Below, one piece after another: positions 27,724 through 31,761 of a stretch of DNA of 31,761 bases. A program made the translations under genes and the position numbers. The notes under the pieces were generated by a model. That model did not search any database and had not been told where the DNA came from. It saw only the letters and a list, made by a program, of their open reading frames with translations. Location: NCBI GenBank assembly GCA_964426185.1, contig CAYRPF010000011.1:1-31761 (forward strand). The letters run 5' to 3'. The number at the start of each line of letters is the position of its first letter. Position 1 is the stretch's first letter. This stretch comes from an uncultured archaeon. GTDB taxonomy: Archaea; Asgardarchaeota; Lokiarchaeia; Sigyniarchaeales; Promethearchaeaceae.

Positions 27724-30700
27724 ATGAATAGTCAAAACAATATTATTCCTTCATACGTTACAACTCCTGAAAATATGTGGGATTTGCTACGTTCTTATTT
27801 CAACGAAATCGGTTTAGTCCGTCAACATTTAGATTCGTTCAATGTATTTTTAGAAGAAACTCTCCAGCAGATCTGTGATGAAACTAAAAAAATCATTCCT
27901 GACATCCCTGATTTTTATATTATTTTCGGTAAAATTTCTGTAGAAGATCCCCAAGTTCGTGAAGCTGATGGAGCAACTAAATCAATAACCCCTTTAGAAG
28001 CTCGTATTCGTGAATTAACCTATGCTTCTAAGGTTTACTTAGAAATGACCCCTGTGACTATTGATGAACGCACCCAACGACCACATTACAATGAAACCAT
28101 TAATACATATATAGGAAAATTACCAATCATGTTAAAGTCCTCAAAGTGTCCTTTATCAAAAATGACTACAAAAGAGGAACTGATTCAAATCGGCGAAGAT
28201 CCTTTAGATCCTGGAGGTTATTTCATTATTAATGGAACCGAACGAGTGCTCGTAACCCAAGAAGACTTAGCGCCAAATCGAATTTTGATAGAAGAAGCCA
28301 GCCGAAGTTCATCTGCTACCCATATAGCCAAAGTGTTTTCCACTACTCACGGCTTTCGAGCACCGGTTACTATTGAACGACGGAAAGACGGAAATATCCG
28401 AGTATCTCTTCCATCAGTTCCAGGTAAAATTCCTATTGCTATTCTTATGCGAGCATTAGGATTAAATTCAGACCGAAAAATCTTTGAGGCAATCAGTGAT
28501 AATCCAGAAATTCAAAAAGAATTAATTCCAATAATCGATGTCGCATCTGCTATTGAAGTTGTCTCCGATCCAGAAAAATCCATGATGAATGCTTTAGATT
28601 ACGTTGGAAAACGTGTGGCAGTTGGACAAACTCGTGAATACCGTATCAAACGCGCTCAACAGATTTTAGATCGTTATTTATTGCCCCATATTGGCTATGA
28701 ACAAGAAGATCGTATTCGAAAAGCATATTTCTTAGGCCAAATGACACAAAAAGTCTTAGAACTTGCATTGGATATTAGACGTCCTGATGATAAAGATCAT
28801 TACGCCAATAAACGACTAAAATTAGCTGGAGATCTCTTCACTTCCCTCTTTCGAGTCTCTTTTCTCAACTTGACCAGAGATATCAAATATCAATTAGAAC
28901 GCACAGCAGTTCGAGGTCGAAAACCGAACATTAAAACAGCAGTTCGTGCTGATGTTATTACAGAAAGAATTCGACATGCATTGGCAACTGGCAATTGGGT
29001 CGGTGGAAAAGCAGGAGTATCTCAGCTTCTTGATCGAACCAATTTCATTTCTACATTATCTCACTTACGACGAATTATCTCACCACTTTCTAGAAGTCAA
29101 CCTCATTTCGAAGCCCGAGACTTGCATCCTACACAATGGGGTAAAATATGCCCCGCTGAAACCCCTGAAGGTCCCAATTGTGGATTGGTAAAAAATCTGG
29201 CTTTAACTGCTTTAATATCAGTAGGAACAAATGAAAAGAAAATTGAAACAGACTTGTATGATTTAGGGGTCATTCCTTTGGAGGAAGTAGATGAAGTTAG
29301 TGGGAAAGCTAAGATTTATCTAAATGGAAAATTATTAGGTATCCACCCAAATTATCGCCCACTAATTGAAACTATCAGAATGAAGCGGCGGCGTGGAGAT
29401 TTAAACCCTAATGTTAATATCGCTTTTTATCCAGAATCAAATGAAGTGCAGATCAACTGTGATGCTGGACGAGCTCGACGACCATTGCTAGTCGTAAAAA
29501 ATGGGAAAGTCTTATTGACTCAAGATGTCGTTGATAAGGTCAGATCTGGACAATTGCAATGGAATGATTTGATCGCTCGTGGATTAATTGAGTACTTCGA
29601 TGCTGAAGAAGAAGAGAACGCCTATATTTGCATGCGGGAACGAAATCTCACTCCAGAACACACTCATTTAGAAATTTCCCCAGCTGCTATTTTAGGTATT
29701 ACAGCTTCTTTGATTCCCTTCCCAGATCACAATCAAAGTCCTCGAAATACATATGAAGCGGGAATGGCAAAACAAGCCTTAGGAATTTTTGCTGCCAATT
29801 TCCATCTGCGTCTTGATACTCGAGGTCATTTATTGCATTATCCACAAAAACCTTTAACCAGCACCAGAGCTATGGACATTATTGGATTTGATACTCGCCC
29901 AGCAGGTCAAAATTTTGTATTGGGAATTATGTCGTTCCAAGCTTTCAACATTGAAGATGCATTAATCATGAATAAGGCTTCCATTGAACGTGGATTAGCT
30001 CGGAGTACATTTTTCAGAACATATGAAGGTGAAGAACGTAAATACCCTGGAGGACAGCTGGATAAATTTGAAGTACCAGAGAAAGAAGTTCGTGGTTATC
30101 GTGCTTCAGAAGCTTATCGACATCTGGCTGATGATGGAATTATTGAGCCAGAAACAGTGTGCGATGGGGGCGACGTTTTAATTGGGCGCACATCTCCTCC
30201 ACGATTTACACACCCATATGACGATTTTGATGATTTATCCCAACCACAACGCCGAGAAACCAGTATTAATATGCGACATTCTGAAGCTGGAACTGTAGAC
30301 ACAGTTATAATTACTGAAACACTCGATGGTAATAAACTGATTAAAATTAAAGTACGAGATCTACGTATTCCTGAATTAGGAGACAAATTTGCTTCTCGCC
30401 ATGGTCAGAAAGGTGTTTTGGGTCTTATATCTCCCCAAGAAGACATGCCATTCTCTGCTGAAGGAATATCACCCGACTTAATTATTAATCCTCACGCCAT
30501 GCCTTCTCGGATGACTCTCGGACAAATGTTTGAAGGTTGTTTGGGTAAAGTCGCTGCTGCCACAGGCACTATTGGTAATGCTACTCCATTTGAAATGGAG
30601 AATATGGATGAACTCCAACTCCAATTGGTTGAACATGGTTTTGACTACGGTGGGCGCGAAACTCTTTATAACGGTGTTACTGGTGAAAGATATGATGTAG

Positions 30701-31116
30701 GTATCTATTTCGCTTGTGTTTATTATCAAAAACTTCACCATCTTGTAGCAGATAAGATTCATAGTCGTAGTCGTGGTCCAGTACAAATTTTAACCCGACA
30801 ACCAACCGAGGGACGAGCACGTGAAGGAGGTCTCAGATTCGGAGAAATGGAAAGGGATTGCCTTGTCGGCCATGGCGCTGCAGTATTACTAAAAGAACGG
30901 TTACTCGATGAGTCCGATCGAACCCAAATTTTAGTCTGTGAAAAATGCGGATTATTGGCTGTATATGATCGAAATCGAGATCGCACTTATTGTCCGGTTT
31001 GCGGTGAAAAGACTCAAATTTCTAACGTAACTTGCTCTTATGCGTTTAAACTTCTATTGCAAGAAATGATGTCGTTAGGTTTAGCACCCCGTTTGTTGTT
31101 AAAAGACCGTGCTTAA
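27724..31116 (+). CDS. rpoB: DNA-directed RNA polymerase subunit B (Rpo2), unsplit
   Basis: GGYFIINGTERV, CPAETPEG, GDKFASRHGQKG, NPHAMPSRMT, GGLRFGEMERD, C-terminal Zn site CEKC/CPVC; SD TGAGGT. Confidence 0.97.
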   Translation: MNSQNNIIPSYVTTPENMWDLLRSYFNEIGLVRQHLDSFNVFLEETLQQICDETKKIIPDIPDFYIIFGKISVEDPQVREADGATKSITPLEARIRELTYASKVYLEMTPVTIDERTQRPHYNETINTYIGKLPIMLKSSKCPLSKMTTKEELIQIGEDPLDPGGYFIINGTERVLVTQEDLAPNRILIEEASRSSSATHIAKVFSTTHGFRAPVTIERRKDGNIRVSLPSVPGKIPIAILMRALGLNSDRKIFEAISDNPEIQKELIPIIDVASAIEVVSDPEKSMMNALDYVGKRVAVGQTREYRIKRAQQILDRYLLPHIGYEQEDRIRKAYFLGQMTQKVLELALDIRRPDDKDHYANKRLKLAGDLFTSLFRVSFLNLTRDIKYQLERTAVRGRKPNIKTAVRADVITERIRHALATGNWVGGKAGVSQLLDRTNFISTLSHLRRIISPLSRSQPHFEARDLHPTQWGKICPAETPEGPNCGLVKNLALTALISVGTNEKKIETDLYDLGVIPLEEVDEVSGKAKIYLNGKLLGIHPNYRPLIETIRMKRRRGDLNPNVNIAFYPESNEVQINCDAGRARRPLLVVKNGKVLLTQDVVDKVRSGQLQWNDLIARGLIEYFDAEEEENAYICMRERNLTPEHTHLEISPAAILGITASLIPFPDHNQSPRNTYEAGMAKQALGIFAANFHLRLDTRGHLLHYPQKPLTSTRAMDIIGFDTRPAGQNFVLGIMSFQAFNIEDALIMNKASIERGLARSTFFRTYEGEERKYPGGQLDKFEVPEKEVRGYRASEAYRHLADDGIIEPETVCDGGDVLIGRTSPPRFTHPYDDFDDLSQPQRRETSINMRHSEAGTVDTVIITETLDGNKLIKIKVRDLRIPELGDKFASRHGQKGVLGLISPQEDMPFSAEGISPDLIINPHAMPSRMTLGQMFEGCLGKVAAATGTIGNATPFEMENMDELQLQLVEHGFDYGGRETLYNGVTGERYDVGIYFACVYYQKLHHLVADKIHSRSRGPVQILTRQPTEGRAREGGLRFGEMERDCLVGHGAAVLLKERLLDESDRTQILVCEKCGLLAVYDRNRDRTYCPVCGEKTQISNVTCSYAFKLLLQEMMSLGLAPRLLLKDRA

Positions 31117-31158
31117 TCATTTCGACATATTTTCTCTCTTTTTTATTCTAATTTTCTT
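31117..31158 (+). terminator. pyrimidine/T-rich terminator region after rpoB
   Basis: TTTTTCTCTCTTTTTTATTCTAATTTTCT between convergent stops. Confidence 0.4.
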
Positions 31159-31761
31159 TTACTCTTTCAATTTGGGCAAAGCGTGTAAAATATCGGGAAA
31201 AATTAATATAGATGATGAATGTGACAATTGTTTTTGGCAGAAACGAGATAAGGCAAATATATCTGGTAGATATTTAACACTATTTTTTCTAAAATTCTGT
31301 AAAACTCTTGATGGTGTTGGATTGGTAATAACCACATTAATTCGGTTTAATACTTGCTCTAAAATCGGCTTCATCCATGGAACTGAAGAAAAATTATCTT
31401 CTGAAAAATCAAGGGAACATTCCGATATAATTATTAAGGTTCCTCCAGAAACTAAAGCAGAATTTCCACCAACTAAGATGGCACCTAATTCCTCGATAAG
31501 TTGAAGTTCATGAGAATGGCAAAATTTTAAAGAAGCATCATAATTTGCCTCGATAGAGCAAAAAACAACATCTGCAAGCTTGGAAATAGAACCAAAAAAT
31601 GAATTATCCACATGTTTCTTCAGTTGATCAAATACTTGATGCGCCCCAGCTTTAATTTTAATTATGGTATGGTTGGAATTTTCTGCAAAAAGGATGGTAA
31701 AATCTGGTTTTGCAGGTTTACTTTTAAAAAATTGAAAGAAATCTGCTAATATAGAAGATTT
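31159..31761 (-). CDS. partial CDS (5' end outside window), divergent LarA/lactate racemase-like C-terminal domain
   Basis: Frame is open to the window edge. ADVVFCS...YD..L, LVSGGTLIIISECS and SILIFPDILHALP resemble the LarA C-terminal domain. Confidence 0.45.
   Translation of the reverse strand, partial: KSSILADFFQFFKSKPAKPDFTILFAENSNHTIIKIKAGAHQVFDQLKKHVDNSFFGSISKLADVVFCSIEANYDASLKFCHSHELQLIEELGAILVGGNSALVSGGTLIIISECSLDFSEDNFSSVPWMKPILEQVLNRINVVITNPTPSRVLQNFRKNSVKYLPDIFALSRFCQKQLSHSSSILIFPDILHALPKLKE

Noticed and set aside
341-30986. Numerous short ORFs overlapping confident genes (e.g. 9715-10068, 11557-11973, 25502-26002, 27371-27721, 30478-30786)
   Set aside because: Antisense or alternate-frame shadows without recognisable motifs.
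31109-31504. Plus-strand 131-aa ORF after rpoB as rpoA'
   Set aside because: No RpoA' motifs; it is the antisense shadow of the minus-strand gene.

Overview
AT-rich archaeal chromosome segment, most likely from an Asgard archaeon (Lokiarchaeia/Promethearchaeota-like). This is inferred from an N-terminal Roadblock/LC7 domain fused to a Rab-like GTPase, unusual TFB paralogues and otherwise archaeal housekeeping genes. In order, the window holds: DUF362 Fe-S protein, DHH/DHHA1 phosphoesterase and proteasome ATPase PAN (all minus strand); a decayed DDE transposase (IS4/ISH3-like); an AT-rich FtsX/MacB-type ABC exporter; a four-subunit 2-oxoacid:ferredoxin oxidoreductase operon (gamma-delta-alpha-beta); two TFB paralogues bracketing SlyD, an ADP-ribosylglycohydrolase and a DsrE protein; a GNAT pseudogene absent from the ORF track; a membrane-anchored, apparently degenerate alpha/beta-hydrolase; a nucleotidyltransferase; two convergent radical SAM genes; pelota; a long Cgi121-like protein; a yeast HPT1-like purine PRTase; a possible stand-alone THUMP protein; the Roadblock-GTPase; Cbf5; an RsmC-like methyltransferase; and rpoH plus an unsplit rpoB. 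rpoB is not followed by rpoA' but by a convergent, LarA-like partial gene. I saw no rRNA, tRNA or CRISPR array. The best candidates for novelty are the 17.8-27.1 kb RNA-modification/ribosome-rescue neighbourhood with two uncharacterised radical SAM enzymes, the twin-TFB cassette, the Roadblock-Rab fusion, the broken RNA polymerase operon and a sharp codon-usage switch inside porB. All family calls come from motif recognition by eye; no searches were run.
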